A stretch of 64,000 nucleotides of DNA, taken from an uncultured Haladaptatus sp. Its GTDB lineage: Archaea > Halobacteriota > Halobacteria > Halobacteriales > Haladaptataceae. The stretch is taken from the NCBI GenBank assembly GCA_964399275.1, contig CAYNQM010000001.1, positions 29,463 through 93,462 on the forward strand, written 5' to 3'. The notes under the pieces are model-generated. The model was not told where the DNA came from, searched no databases, and was given only the letters and a program-made list of their open reading frames with translations. The position numbers were made by a program, and so were the translations under genes. Numbering within the stretch: position 1 is the stretch's first letter; each line of letters begins with the position of its first letter. Shown piece after piece: positions 19,446 to 29,292 of this stretch.

Positions 19446-20216
19446 CTACTGCGCTTCGATGTCATAACCGCCGTCCACGGTCAAAACCTGGCCGGTGGTG
19501 AACGACGATTCGTCGCTTGCGAAGTAGACGACCGTTCCGGCGATTTCGTCGGGGGTCGCGACGCGCTCCATCGGCGTCCGTGCGTCAGTCGTCGCTCGGA
19601 ACTCGGAGCCGTCTTCGAGTTTCTCGCCCGCAAGCGGGGTCTTGACGAATCCGGGAGCGACCGCGTTGACGCGAATCTCCGGCGCTAAATCCGCGGCGGC
19701 GGCGCGCGTGAGGCCGTTGAGACCGCTTTTGGCGGCGCAGTACGCGGCCCGGTTCTCGCGCGCTTGGTCAGCGGACATGGACGAGATGTTGACGATGCTT
19801 CCCTCGGTCATCGTTCGCCCGAAAATCTGACACGCGCGGAAGACGCCGGTGAGACAAACGTCGATATCTCGTTCCCACTCTTCCTCGGTCATCTCGACCA
19901 CCGAAGACTGTGCAACCGACCCGGCGGAGTTTACGAGGATACTGACCGACCCGAGGGTCTCTCGGGCGACCGTATGGAGCTGCTCGATGGACGTTCGGTC
20001 GCGCACGTCGCAGGTGACTGCCGTCGTCGTCGCGCCTCGTTCCCGAAGCTCCGCCGTGACGCTCTCGACGGTGTCTTCCGACCGACTTGTTGCGATTACG
20101 TCCGCTCCCTCGTCGGCGAATGCGAGGGCGATTGCTCGTCCGATTCCGGTCGTGCCGCCGATGACGACCGCACTTTCACCGTCGAGTTTTCCGCGTGGAG
20201 TAGACTCGCTAGTCAT
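19446..20216 (-). CDS. Classical SDR oxidoreductase (candidate fructuronate/KDG-type reductase)
   Basis: GGTTGIG, LVNSAG, NISS, YCAAK and NAVAPG. Start set at ATG 20216 (MTSESTP). Confidence 0.88.
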   Translation of the reverse strand: MTSESTPRGKLDGESAVVIGGTTGIGRAIALAFADEGADVIATSRSEDTVESVTAELRERGATTTAVTCDVRDRTSIEQLHTVARETLGSVSILVNSAGSVAQSSVVEMTEEEWERDIDVCLTGVFRACQIFGRTMTEGSIVNISSMSADQARENRAAYCAAKSGLNGLTRAAAADLAPEIRVNAVAPGFVKTPLAGEKLEDGSEFRATTDARTPMERVATPDEIAGTVVYFASDESSFTTGQVLTVDGGYDIEAQ

Positions 20217-20314
20217 AGACGTTTGGTACCATTTCACGATGGTGTTTATACTTACCGAAAGACGTACCCGGCGGTACGTTCGACCGGCGCGACACAGCGA
20301 CTCAGAAGTTCGGC

Positions 20315-21556
20315 TTAGGCTTCGTCGAACAGGGTTTCTCCGTCGACCATGTGTTCTTCGACTGCGTCGAGGTCGAGCGTGAGACCGAGACCCGGTTTCT
20401 CCGGCACCGCCATCCGACCCTGCTGGATGAGATCGTCTTCCTCGACCAAATCCTCCCACCAGCCGAGTTGGTAGGAGTGGTACTCGACGGCGAGGGAGTT
20501 CGGGATGGCCGCCGCGACCTGCGCGGATGCCATCGTGCCGATTGGCGAGGAGACGTTGTGCATCGCGACGGGGATGTAGTACGTGTCCGCCATGTCCGCG
20601 ATTTTGCGCGTCTCGCGCATGCCGCCGACGCGCGGGAGGTCGGGCGCGAGAATGTCGATGGCCTGTTCTTCGATGAGTTGGCGCTGACCGTGCTTGCGAT
20701 AGACGTTCTCACCCACCGTAATCGGCGTCGTCGGTGCCGACTGCGTGACTTCGCGCTGAACGTCGTGATTCTCCGGCGGGATGGGGTCTTCGAGCCACCA
20801 CACGTCGTAGTCGGCGACGGCCGCCGCCAGACGCTTCGCGCTTCCGGCCGTGAACGACCAGTGGCAGTCGAAGGCTACGTCCGCCCGGTCGCCGACCACA
20901 TCGGTGACGGCCTCGACGATGTCTACTTTGTGTTGGATTTCCGGCCCCCGGAGGTGTCGGTTCGCGCGGTCTTTCTCGTGTCCCGAGGGAACGTCAAGGT
21001 CGAATTTCAGGGCGTCGTACCCGAGTTTGTCCACGACGCGCTCGGCTTCGCGGGCGTTGGATTCCGGTTCGGACTCGTCGCCAGCGTGGCAGTCACAGTA
21101 GATGCGGACTTCGTCCCGGTACTTTCCGCCGAGCAGTTGGTAGGCGGGAACGTCGAGAATCTTTCCGGCCACATCGTGCAGTGCAATCTCGATGCCGGAG
21201 ATGGCGGAGATGACTTTCCCCGAGACCGAACCTTCTCCGGACATCTTTTGGACGAGATGTTCGTACAGTCGGTCGATGTCGAGCGGACTCTCGCCGATGA
21301 TGAACGGTGCCATGCGGTCGATGATTTCGGCGTCACCGCCGCCCCAGTAGGATTCGCCGGTGCCGACGAGGCCAGCGTCGGTGTAAACGCGAACGAGAAT
21401 CCACGGGTAGTTGCCGTCCACAATGGTCGTCTGCACGTCGGTTATCTCCACGTCTCGCGGGCCACTGGGTTCGGCCGAGAGGCCCATCGTTTCCGCGGAG
21501 AGGTCGCGCATCGTATACTCTGCATTCGGGTCGCGAAGCTTGCGAAGGTTCGCCAT
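20315..21556 (-). CDS. xacD: D-xylonate dehydratase (enolase superfamily)
   Basis: DPNAEYTMRDLSAET, GNYPWILVRVYTDAG, KFDLD, DCHW, WWLEDP, GEN and MHNVSSP closely match my recollection of Haloferax volcanii XacD. Xylose gene context agrees. Confidence 0.85.
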   Translation of the reverse strand: MANLRKLRDPNAEYTMRDLSAETMGLSAEPSGPRDVEITDVQTTIVDGNYPWILVRVYTDAGLVGTGESYWGGGDAEIIDRMAPFIIGESPLDIDRLYEHLVQKMSGEGSVSGKVISAISGIEIALHDVAGKILDVPAYQLLGGKYRDEVRIYCDCHAGDESEPESNAREAERVVDKLGYDALKFDLDVPSGHEKDRANRHLRGPEIQHKVDIVEAVTDVVGDRADVAFDCHWSFTAGSAKRLAAAVADYDVWWLEDPIPPENHDVQREVTQSAPTTPITVGENVYRKHGQRQLIEEQAIDILAPDLPRVGGMRETRKIADMADTYYIPVAMHNVSSPIGTMASAQVAAAIPNSLAVEYHSYQLGWWEDLVEEDDLIQQGRMAVPEKPGLGLTLDLDAVEEHMVDGETLFDEA

Positions 21557-21856
21557 GCGTTTCACTCATTACCACCCGACTATTTCACGTTTGGCATAGA
21601 TGCGAAGGTTGTTAACTACCCTCCGCCGCGACGCTCACCCCGTCGGCTCGTAGCCGAATCGCTCGAACCGGGCTGGCGTCGGCTCCCGGGCGTCGCTGGT
21701 CGCGTACGGGCCGACGTAGACGCCCGTGAAGCTCCCACGGCCGGGCGTACGCATCGGGGTTGAGTAAAGATTCGGGGGCTGCAGTGCGAATCGACCGGCC
21801 GAGTCGCTCTGCCCAGACACACCGAGCGACGGTTTCGTGCGCGTGAAAGCTCTATC

Positions 21857-23305
21857 TCAGAAGTTGTCGTAGACCGTTCGCTCGATGGTGTAGAAGTCGA
21901 GCCCGGCATCACCCTGCTCGCGCCACGTCTCGCTCGACGACTGCTTGAAGCCGCCGAATGGAACGTGGAGTTCGAGTCCGGTCGTCTTCGCGTTGATTTT
22001 CGAGACGCCCGCCTCGACCTCTCGGACGAATCGCTCGGCCTCGGTGTGGTCGTTCGTGACGATGCTGGCCGACAGCCCGTACTTGGAGTCGTTCGCCGCG
22101 GCGACTGCCTCCTCAAAGTCGCTCACTTCGATGACCGCGAGAACCGGGCCGAACACTTCCTCCTGTGCGATGCGGAAATCTCGCTCGACGCCGCTGAACA
22201 CGGTCGGCTCGACGTAGTAGCCGTCGCCGAGATGGTCGCCGTCGGGCTGGCCGCCGCCGGTTTCGAGCGTCGCGCCTTCGTTCTGCGCAACGTCGATGTA
22301 GTCGAGGGAACCCTCCAGCTCGGACGCGCTCACCTGCGGTCCCATGTCGTACTCGTCGCCGGGGCCGATTTCGATGTCCTCGGCGCGGGCGACCACGGCC
22401 TCCACGAACTCGTCGTGAATCGACTCGTGGACGATGGCACGCGAGCACGCGGTACACGCCTGTCCGGTGACCCCGAAGGCACCCGCCGCGACGGTGTCGG
22501 CGGCCTCGTCCACGTCGGCGCTCTCGGCGACGACCGTCGGGTTCTTCCCGCCGAGTTCGGTCTGCACGCGCTTGCCGTCGTCGGTGGCGCGGTCGTACAC
22601 GAGGTGGCCGACCTCGCCGCTTCCAGTGAATGAGACGGCGTCAACGTCCTCGTGGGTGACTATCGCGTCGCCGACCTCGCTTCCGGGGCCGGTGACGATG
22701 TTCCCGACGCCAGCCGGGAGGCCAGCCTCGTCGAGCGCTTCGAGGATGGCGACTGCGACGCCCGGAGCCTCCGACGCGGGATTGATGACGAACGTGTTCC
22801 CGGCCGCGAGTGCCGGCGCAATCTTCCACGCCGGGATGGCGATGGGGTAGTTCCACGGCGTCACCAACGCGGCGACGCCGACCGGTTCGTTGACGGTGTA
22901 GAGGTTCGTCCCCTCGCTACTCGCGGACTTCACGCTCCCGCCGAGGTCGCGGGTCTTCTCCGCGTAGTAGTAAAAGATGTCAATCGCACGCTGTACCTCG
23001 CCGCCCGCCTCGGCGTGCGTCTTCCCCTCCTCGCGGGTGAGCAGTTGCGTCAACTCTTCCTTGCGGTTTGCAAGGTTCGCCGCGGCCTGCCGAAGAATCG
23101 CCCCTCGCTGGGGCGCGGGCGTGGACGCCCACTCCTCTTGGGCTGTTGCCGCGGCTTCGACGGCTTTCTCCGCGTCTCCCGCGTCGGACTGCTGGTACGT
23201 CGCGACGACCTCGTTCGGTTCCGCTGGGTTAGTACACTCGAACGCCTCCCCTGTCGAGGATTCGGTCCACTCTCCGTTCACATAGTTGTGGGCTATCTGC
23301 GTCAC
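21857..23305 (-). CDS. xacF: Alpha-ketoglutarate semialdehyde (2,5-dioxopentanoate) dehydrogenase
   Basis: ALDH motifs PWNYP, SFTGS, TELGGKNP, GQACTA and EEVFGP; XacF-like tail HVPFGGFKQSSSETWREQG; 482 aa; GTG start. Confidence 0.85.
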   Translation of the reverse strand: MTQIAHNYVNGEWTESSTGEAFECTNPAEPNEVVATYQQSDAGDAEKAVEAAATAQEEWASTPAPQRGAILRQAAANLANRKEELTQLLTREEGKTHAEAGGEVQRAIDIFYYYAEKTRDLGGSVKSASSEGTNLYTVNEPVGVAALVTPWNYPIAIPAWKIAPALAAGNTFVINPASEAPGVAVAILEALDEAGLPAGVGNIVTGPGSEVGDAIVTHEDVDAVSFTGSGEVGHLVYDRATDDGKRVQTELGGKNPTVVAESADVDEAADTVAAGAFGVTGQACTACSRAIVHESIHDEFVEAVVARAEDIEIGPGDEYDMGPQVSASELEGSLDYIDVAQNEGATLETGGGQPDGDHLGDGYYVEPTVFSGVERDFRIAQEEVFGPVLAVIEVSDFEEAVAAANDSKYGLSASIVTNDHTEAERFVREVEAGVSKINAKTTGLELHVPFGGFKQSSSETWREQGDAGLDFYTIERTVYDNF

Positions 23306-23469
23306 GTATGTTACGTCTCAGTAGAGGTACGAGGTTCTTACGGTAGCGACAAAGCGACATTCGAATATCACTCCCGGTCGGCGAACGTCCGCTTCGCCGC
23401 ACTCGAACACAGAAACCGCAGGAAAGCAGTCAGCAGCACGACCGTCTTCCGAACCCACTCCAGCGACGA

Positions 23470-25788
23470 TTACTCCACGTCGGTCTCGGAGAAGTACGTC
23501 CGGCCGGTTCGCGGGACGCGCTTCGAATCAGTCACCTCGACCGTCGCTGTCTCCGCGACCGCCGCCGCGGAGTGACCCACGCGAAGTTCGAACGACCCCT
23601 CGGGAACGACGAGATTCATGTCCGGGTCGTGGTAGGCGAGTTGCGTCGCGTCCACCTCGAACGAGACGCGCTTTGACTCGCCAGCCGCGAGCGACACTCG
23701 TTCGAACCCTTTCAGTTCCTGCACTGGCCGCGCTTGATCGGGCGACTCGGCGTGGACGTACAGTTGAACGACGTCGTGGCCGCTCCGGTCGCCGGTGTTC
23801 GTCACCGTGACCGTCGCCGTAACCGACCCCGACGGGGCGACCTCGTCGCTTTCGAGCGTCAGGTCGTCGTACGCGAAGTCGGTGTAGCTCAGGCCGTGCC
23901 CGAACGGGTACAGCGGCGTGCTCTCGGTGTAGACGTGGTCGTTCCTCGCCGTGTTTGGTCGGCGGTTGTACTGTACCGGAAGCTGTCCGACCGACCGCGG
24001 GAACGAGACCGGAAGGTGACCGCTCGGGTTGTAATCGCCATACAGCACGTCCGCGATTCCCGTGCCACCTTCCTCTCCCGGAAGCCACGCCTGCACCACG
24101 GCGGAGGCCGCATCGGCAGTCCACTCCAGTGCGTGCGGTTTTCCGCTGACGACGACGACGACGAGCGGCGTCCCCGTCTCGTGGAGCGCTTCGAGGAGTT
24201 CCTGCTGGACGCCGGGGAGGCCGAGGTCGGTTACGTCCGACCCCTCGCCGCTCGTGGGGAGCGCGGGGTTTTCCACGTCCTTCTCGTCGGCGTCCGAGAA
24301 ATCGACGGCGGATCGCGCGCCGACGAACGCGAGCGTTACGTCAGCCTCCGCCGCAACCGCCGCGGCCGACTCGAAGCCGTCGGTACTCGGCCCCGTCGTC
24401 GTGCATCCTTCCTCGTACGCGACATCTGCGTCGGCCCGCGCTCGGATAGCGTCGAGCGGCGTCGTCGCGTCCACCGTCACTTCCTCCGAGGGGTAGTGCG
24501 CCGGATAGGCGTAATCCCCCATCATCTCCTGCACGTCGTCCGCCTTCGGCCCGACGACGGCGAGCGAACCGGCGTCGTCGAGCGGTAGCAGGTCGTCGTC
24601 GTTCTTCAGGAGGACGATGGACTCGCGTGCGGCGCGCTCGGTAAGTTCGGTCGCTGACTGCGTGTTGAACGCGTCGGCGGCCGCCTCGGCATCGACCGTC
24701 GAAGCGTCGAAGACGCCTTTCTCGAACTTCATCCGGAGGACTCGCCGGACGGCGGTGTCGAGCGTCTCCTCGGCAAGTTCGCCGTTCTCGACGGCCGTCA
24801 CGAGGTGGTCGCCGTAACAGTCGGTGTACGGAAGTTCCACGTCGATGCCCGCCTCCAGCGCTTTCACGCCGGATTCGCGGTCAGAGTCCGAAATACCGTG
24901 TTCAGCCTTGAGGAAGTCGATGCTGTAGTAGTCCGAGACCACCGTCCCGTCGAATCCCAACTCGCCGCGCAGCACATCGGTCAACAGCCACTCCGAACTC
25001 GCGCACGGGATGCCGTCGATGTCGTGGTAGGCGTTCATCACCGACTCCGCACCGGCCTCCTGGATGGCGGCCTCGTAGGGAAACATGTGTGTCTCGCGCA
25101 ACACGCGAGGGCCGAGATTGACCGACGCTCGGTTCTTTCCACCTTCGGAGGCACCGTGCGCGACGAAATGTTTCAACGTCGCGGAGATGCCCTCCGCAAC
25201 CGACTCTCCCTGCAGTCCGGAGACGTACGCACAGGCCATCGCCGCGACGAGGTAGGGGTCTTCACCGAACGTTTCCTCAACCCGTCCCCACCGCAGGTCG
25301 CGCGCTACGTCCAAGACCGGTGATAGCGCGTGGACGGTTCCGATGGCTTCCATCTCGGAACGAATCGTCGTCGTGACCTCGGACATCAGTGCCGGATTCC
25401 ACGTGCTCGCCATGCCGATACCTTGCGGGAATGTGGTTCCGTCCGGTCCCATGTACCCGCTCAGACACTCCTCGTGGGGGATGGCGGGGACGCCGAGGCG
25501 CGTCTCGCCGAGGATTTCCTGTAGCTCGTTCGTGACTCGCGCGGCGTCCGTCGGCGCGAGGCTTCCTTCGCCGCCGATTCGCGTCAGGTGGCCGATTCCG
25601 TCGGCGAGCAACTCTTCGGCGGTCTCACGGTCGAGCGTTCCGTCTTCGTCGAGTATCTTCTTCGCGTTGACGGAGCCGAGTTGGGCCGCTTTCTCGCTGA
25701 GCGTCATCCGCGAGAGCAAATCGTCGATTCGTCGTTCGGTCGGCACCGATGCGTCTCGGTACACGGCGGTCTCCGGACTCTCTTGCAT
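23470..25788 (-). CDS. GH3 beta-xylosidase with C-terminal Fn3-like domain
   Basis: HEECLSGYM...FPQGIGMASTWNP resembles Thermotoga-type beta-xylosidases; also RWGRVEETFGEDP, KHF, VSDY (nucleophile) and PLYPFGHGLSYT. No signal peptide. Start set at ATG 25788. Confidence 0.9.
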   Translation of the reverse strand: MQESPETAVYRDASVPTERRIDDLLSRMTLSEKAAQLGSVNAKKILDEDGTLDRETAEELLADGIGHLTRIGGEGSLAPTDAARVTNELQEILGETRLGVPAIPHEECLSGYMGPDGTTFPQGIGMASTWNPALMSEVTTTIRSEMEAIGTVHALSPVLDVARDLRWGRVEETFGEDPYLVAAMACAYVSGLQGESVAEGISATLKHFVAHGASEGGKNRASVNLGPRVLRETHMFPYEAAIQEAGAESVMNAYHDIDGIPCASSEWLLTDVLRGELGFDGTVVSDYYSIDFLKAEHGISDSDRESGVKALEAGIDVELPYTDCYGDHLVTAVENGELAEETLDTAVRRVLRMKFEKGVFDASTVDAEAAADAFNTQSATELTERAARESIVLLKNDDDLLPLDDAGSLAVVGPKADDVQEMMGDYAYPAHYPSEEVTVDATTPLDAIRARADADVAYEEGCTTTGPSTDGFESAAAVAAEADVTLAFVGARSAVDFSDADEKDVENPALPTSGEGSDVTDLGLPGVQQELLEALHETGTPLVVVVVSGKPHALEWTADAASAVVQAWLPGEEGGTGIADVLYGDYNPSGHLPVSFPRSVGQLPVQYNRRPNTARNDHVYTESTPLYPFGHGLSYTDFAYDDLTLESDEVAPSGSVTATVTVTNTGDRSGHDVVQLYVHAESPDQARPVQELKGFERVSLAAGESKRVSFEVDATQLAYHDPDMNLVVPEGSFELRVGHSAAAVAETATVEVTDSKRVPRTGRTYFSETDVE

Positions 25789-25910
25789 CACACTTCGCGG
25801 ATTGAGCGTGGTACGTCTTAACAATTCGGTACGCCGTCACTCGGTCGTGCCAATCCGACGAAACGATTCGACCTCCACATTTATGCGACCCTCCCCTGTG
25901 AACTGTAGTA

Positions 25911-27278
25911 ATGAGCTTCCTGAGTGAGGACTACCTCCTCGAATCGGACGCCGCCCGCGACCTGTACGAGACCGTCGAAGACCTGCCGATTCTCGACCCG
26001 CACAGCCACCTCGACGTTGCGGAGGTCGTCGAGAACGAAGGGTGGGACGACGTGTGGGAGGTCGAAGGGGCGAGCGACCACTACGTCTGGGCGGCGATGC
26101 GAAAGCGGGGCGTCCCCGAGAAACGAATCACCGGCGACGCGTCCAACCGCGAGAAGTGGAATGCGCTGGCCGAGGTGTTTCCCGAACTCGCTGGAAATCC
26201 GACCTACGAGTGGGTTCACCTCGATCTGAAGCGTCGGTTCGGCATCGAGAAATCCATCTCGGCGGAGACGGCCGACGAGATTTGGGAGGAGACGGCGTCG
26301 CAACTCGAATCGGACGAGATGAACCCGCAAGCCCTGCTCCGGGAGATGAACGTCGAAGTCGTCTGTAGCACGGACGACCCGACTTCGAATCTCGAACTGC
26401 ACGAACGGGCCGAGCGAGAAATCGACGGCATCGACGTTCTGCCGACGTGGCGCGCCGACCGCGCCGTCCACATCGACCACCGCGACTGGGACGATTTCGT
26501 GCGCGAACTGGGTGAAGCGACCGGCATCAACACGAGCGAGTTCGACGGCTTTCTGGAAGCGCTCGCGGCCACCCACGACTACTTCGAATCCCACGGGTGT
26601 CGAGCCAGCGACCTGAGTCTCCGCGAACCCGTTTCGCGGCCCGTGAGCGAGCGACGTGCGAGGCAGGTGTACGAATCAGACCGGCGCGGCGAGTCCCTGC
26701 GCGAAGCCGAGGTGGACGATTTCAAGGCGTTCGTGCTCGAATACATCGGGTCGCTGAACGTCGAGAAAGGGTGGGTGACACATCTTCACATGGGGCCGGT
26801 ACGAGACTATCGCGACGAACTGTTCGAAAAACTTGGGTCGGCGGCTGGCGGCACCGTCACGACGGGACGCGTCGAGTACGCCGAGAACCTCCAACACTTC
26901 TGCAACGAGTTCGACGGCGAGACCGATATCGTCCTCTACTGCGTTGACCCGACGCATTACCCGACGATGGCGACCATCGCCCGCGCGTTCCCGAACGTGA
27001 GCGTGGGACCGGCGTGGTGGTTCAACGACAGTCCGTTCGGCATCGAACACCAAATCGAATACGTGAGTTCGGTCGATTTGCTCGCGAACCACGCCGGGAT
27101 GGTGAGCGATTCCCGGAAACTCCTGTCGTTCGATTCGCGGTTCGAGATGTTCCGCCGGTCGCTCGCGAACGTTCTCGGTCGGCAGGTCGAACGCGGACGG
27201 ATGCCGATGGACGTCGCCCGAGACCTCGCCGAACACGTCGCGTACGACCGACCGAAGGAACTGTTCGGCTTCGAGTGA
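25911..27278 (+). CDS. uxaC: Glucuronate (uronate) isomerase
   Basis: DPHSH metal motif, DHYVWAAMR, GNPTYEW, STDDP, PTWRAD, AWWFND and SDSRKLLSF. Confidence 0.93.
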   Translation: MSFLSEDYLLESDAARDLYETVEDLPILDPHSHLDVAEVVENEGWDDVWEVEGASDHYVWAAMRKRGVPEKRITGDASNREKWNALAEVFPELAGNPTYEWVHLDLKRRFGIEKSISAETADEIWEETASQLESDEMNPQALLREMNVEVVCSTDDPTSNLELHERAEREIDGIDVLPTWRADRAVHIDHRDWDDFVRELGEATGINTSEFDGFLEALAATHDYFESHGCRASDLSLREPVSRPVSERRARQVYESDRRGESLREAEVDDFKAFVLEYIGSLNVEKGWVTHLHMGPVRDYRDELFEKLGSAAGGTVTTGRVEYAENLQHFCNEFDGETDIVLYCVDPTHYPTMATIARAFPNVSVGPAWWFNDSPFGIEHQIEYVSSVDLLANHAGMVSDSRKLLSFDSRFEMFRRSLANVLGRQVERGRMPMDVARDLAEHVAYDRPKELFGFE

Positions 27279-27303
27279 CGCCACCTCGGAGCGTTTGTCC
27301 CAA

Positions 27304-27762
27304 TTATCTGGTTGCGAGCGTAACGTAGCCGTCGAAGTTCAGCGCGACCTGCTGTGCCACGTCGCCGAATAGGGCTTTTCCGGTCGGCGACCGACGTTTT
27401 CCGAGCAAGAACACGTGGTCGCAGTCCCGTTCCGTTGCCACCTCTACGACGGTGTCCGCGACGTCGTCGGTCGCCCGCGCGACGACCGTCAGGTCGATGT
27501 CGTCCGCGCCGCTCTCCTCGGCGAACGTCTGAATGTCGTTGACTGCGCCGTCGAGGACGGAGTTGCTGGCGTAATTTTTCTTTTCGACGCGCCCGATCGA
27601 TTCCAAGGTCTCGGCGTCGTCCTCGAACTGTTCTTTGGTCATCGTCGTCAACAGGACGAGCCCTGCCTCGGCACCTCTCGCGTGCTCGACGGCCTCCGTC
27701 AGCAGTTTGCGGTGTTGCTCCGTGCGGTCGATGAGCACTAATCCTCGTTTCATCTCGGTCAT
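27304..27762 (-). CDS. Universal stress protein
   Basis: C-terminal GKRRSPTGKALFGDVAQQVALN motif typical of haloarchaeal USPs. Confidence 0.88.
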   Translation of the reverse strand: MTEMKRGLVLIDRTEQHRKLLTEAVEHARGAEAGLVLLTTMTKEQFEDDAETLESIGRVEKKNYASNSVLDGAVNDIQTFAEESGADDIDLTVVARATDDVADTVVEVATERDCDHVFLLGKRRSPTGKALFGDVAQQVALNFDGYVTLATR

Positions 27763-27834
27763 AGTGGAGGGCGAGTTCAAATAAACCCACCGCCGGTCGA
27801 ACGCCCTCCAGACGGGGAGTACGAGGTTTCGAAG

Positions 27835-28788
27835 TTACTCCGCCGTCTGCTCCAGCAATCCTCGCATGTAGCCGATGGCGAACAGTCGCCCCATGTCGGT
27901 GTAGCCGGTCATCGCCCCGCCGCGGTCTTCCTCGCCGAGCATCTTCGGGACGTGGTCGGGACGAATTGGGCCGTCGAAGCCGACGTCGCGGTAGGCTCGC
28001 ATCGTCGCGAGCATGTCGGTCTGGCCCTCTTCGTGCCACGTCTCTACGAACTCTTCGGCGGTTCCCTCCACGTCGCGGAAGTGGACGAAGTGAATGCGGT
28101 CGCCGAACTGCCGGATGGTTTCCGGTACGTCCGCGCCCATCGCCGAGAAGTTGCCCTGACAGAACGTCAGCCCGTGGTTGGGGCTGTCGTGCAGGTCGAG
28201 GATGCGCTGGACGTTCTCGACGGAAGTGACGAGACGCGGAACGCCGCGAACGGGCGATACCGGCGGGTCGTCGGGATGGAGCGCGAGTTTGACGCCCGCC
28301 TCCTCGGCGACCGGAACGACTTCGTCGAGGAAGTATTCGAGGTTCTCCCACAGTTCGTCCTCGGTGATGTCGGTCGGATGTTCTGGGGCGCGCTCCGACT
28401 GCGCGTGGTCGTACGCCGTCGTCCGCGAGTCGCCTCGGAGCGGGACGGCGTCCGCGGTTCGGAGGACGCCGACCGGATTCTCGGTCCACACCCACGAGTA
28501 CACGTCGATGCCGACGGCACCCATGTTTCGAAGGAGTTGCTTGACCGCAGCTATCTCCGCGTCTCGGCCGTCTTCGCCGAGAACCGTCTTGGTCATCGGC
28601 GGGCGGTCTTCGACCACGTCGAGCGAGAGTCCGTGGTCGGCGAACCGGTTGTACGTCTGGAGGAGCGAGTCGTACGTCCACCACTCGGTTTCGCCCCAAA
28701 AGCGGACGACAGCAGTCGAAAGGCCGAGCTGTTTGGCGATTTGCCACCGCCTGTCTGGACGAGGGGGTAACATCCACGTCGTGTCCAT
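27835..28788 (-). CDS. uxuA: D-mannonate dehydratase
   Basis: LWENLEYFLDEVVPVAEEAGVKLALHPDDPP, GLTFCQG, HFVHFRDV, RPDHVP and GRLFAIGYMRG. Start set at ATG 28788 (MDTTW). Confidence 0.9.
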   Translation of the reverse strand: MDTTWMLPPRPDRRWQIAKQLGLSTAVVRFWGETEWWTYDSLLQTYNRFADHGLSLDVVEDRPPMTKTVLGEDGRDAEIAAVKQLLRNMGAVGIDVYSWVWTENPVGVLRTADAVPLRGDSRTTAYDHAQSERAPEHPTDITEDELWENLEYFLDEVVPVAEEAGVKLALHPDDPPVSPVRGVPRLVTSVENVQRILDLHDSPNHGLTFCQGNFSAMGADVPETIRQFGDRIHFVHFRDVEGTAEEFVETWHEEGQTDMLATMRAYRDVGFDGPIRPDHVPKMLGEEDRGGAMTGYTDMGRLFAIGYMRGLLEQTAE

Positions 28789-28868
28789 ACCGATGGTTTC
28801 GGAAAACACTGGCATATAGCTTGTGCGCCGCGACCGAGTCGGCATGGAGGCGAATTGCAATCGCGGAC

Positions 28869-29213
28869 TCAGGTGCTCCCCTGTTGTTCGAGGATGTCCA
28901 CGAACTCGTCCGCGAACTTGACCGTCCGCGTCGGCATCCCGTACCGTTCGGTTCCCATGTCGTACTCTCGGAGTTTCGAAACCGTCGCTTCCGTGTGATA
29001 CATCGTTGTGACCGTCTCGCGCACGTCGATTCCGAACTCGCCGTCGTCGGTGTCGAGCCACGGCTGAGTTCGCTGTTTCTGGTCGTAGGTTATGGAGTAC
29101 CTCTCACCGCCGACCGCGGCGACGATGTGGTCTACGGTGCCGATTTCGACCCTGTCGTCCTCGGCGACGAGAAAGAGCGTCCCGTCCTCGCACTCAGGCA
29201 CGTACCGTTTCAT
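28869..29213 (-). CDS. Hypothetical protein (114 aa)
   Basis: Acidic, haloarchaeal-like composition. Fills the gap between the ABC ATPase and uxuA on the same strand. Confidence 0.7.
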   Translation of the reverse strand: MKRYVPECEDGTLFLVAEDDRVEIGTVDHIVAAVGGERYSITYDQKQRTQPWLDTDDGEFGIDVRETVTTMYHTEATVSKLREYDMGTERYGMPTRTVKFADEFVDILEQQGST

Positions 29214-29292
29214 CGACTCAGTGTACTGCCCCTCGGGTAATAATACTCCTGCTACACGCCGTGCGCTCCTCGAAAAAGTGGAACTAACGCTG

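Noticed and set aside
20315-21556. Gluconate dehydratase call
   Set aside because: This is a close paralogous family, but adjacency to xacF and the recalled similarity to XacD favour xylonate dehydratase.
21635-21754. 39-codon ORF (MRTPGRGSF...FERFGYEPTG) between xacF and xacD
   Set aside because: Too short and no recognisable family. It could be a gene remnant but cannot be supported.
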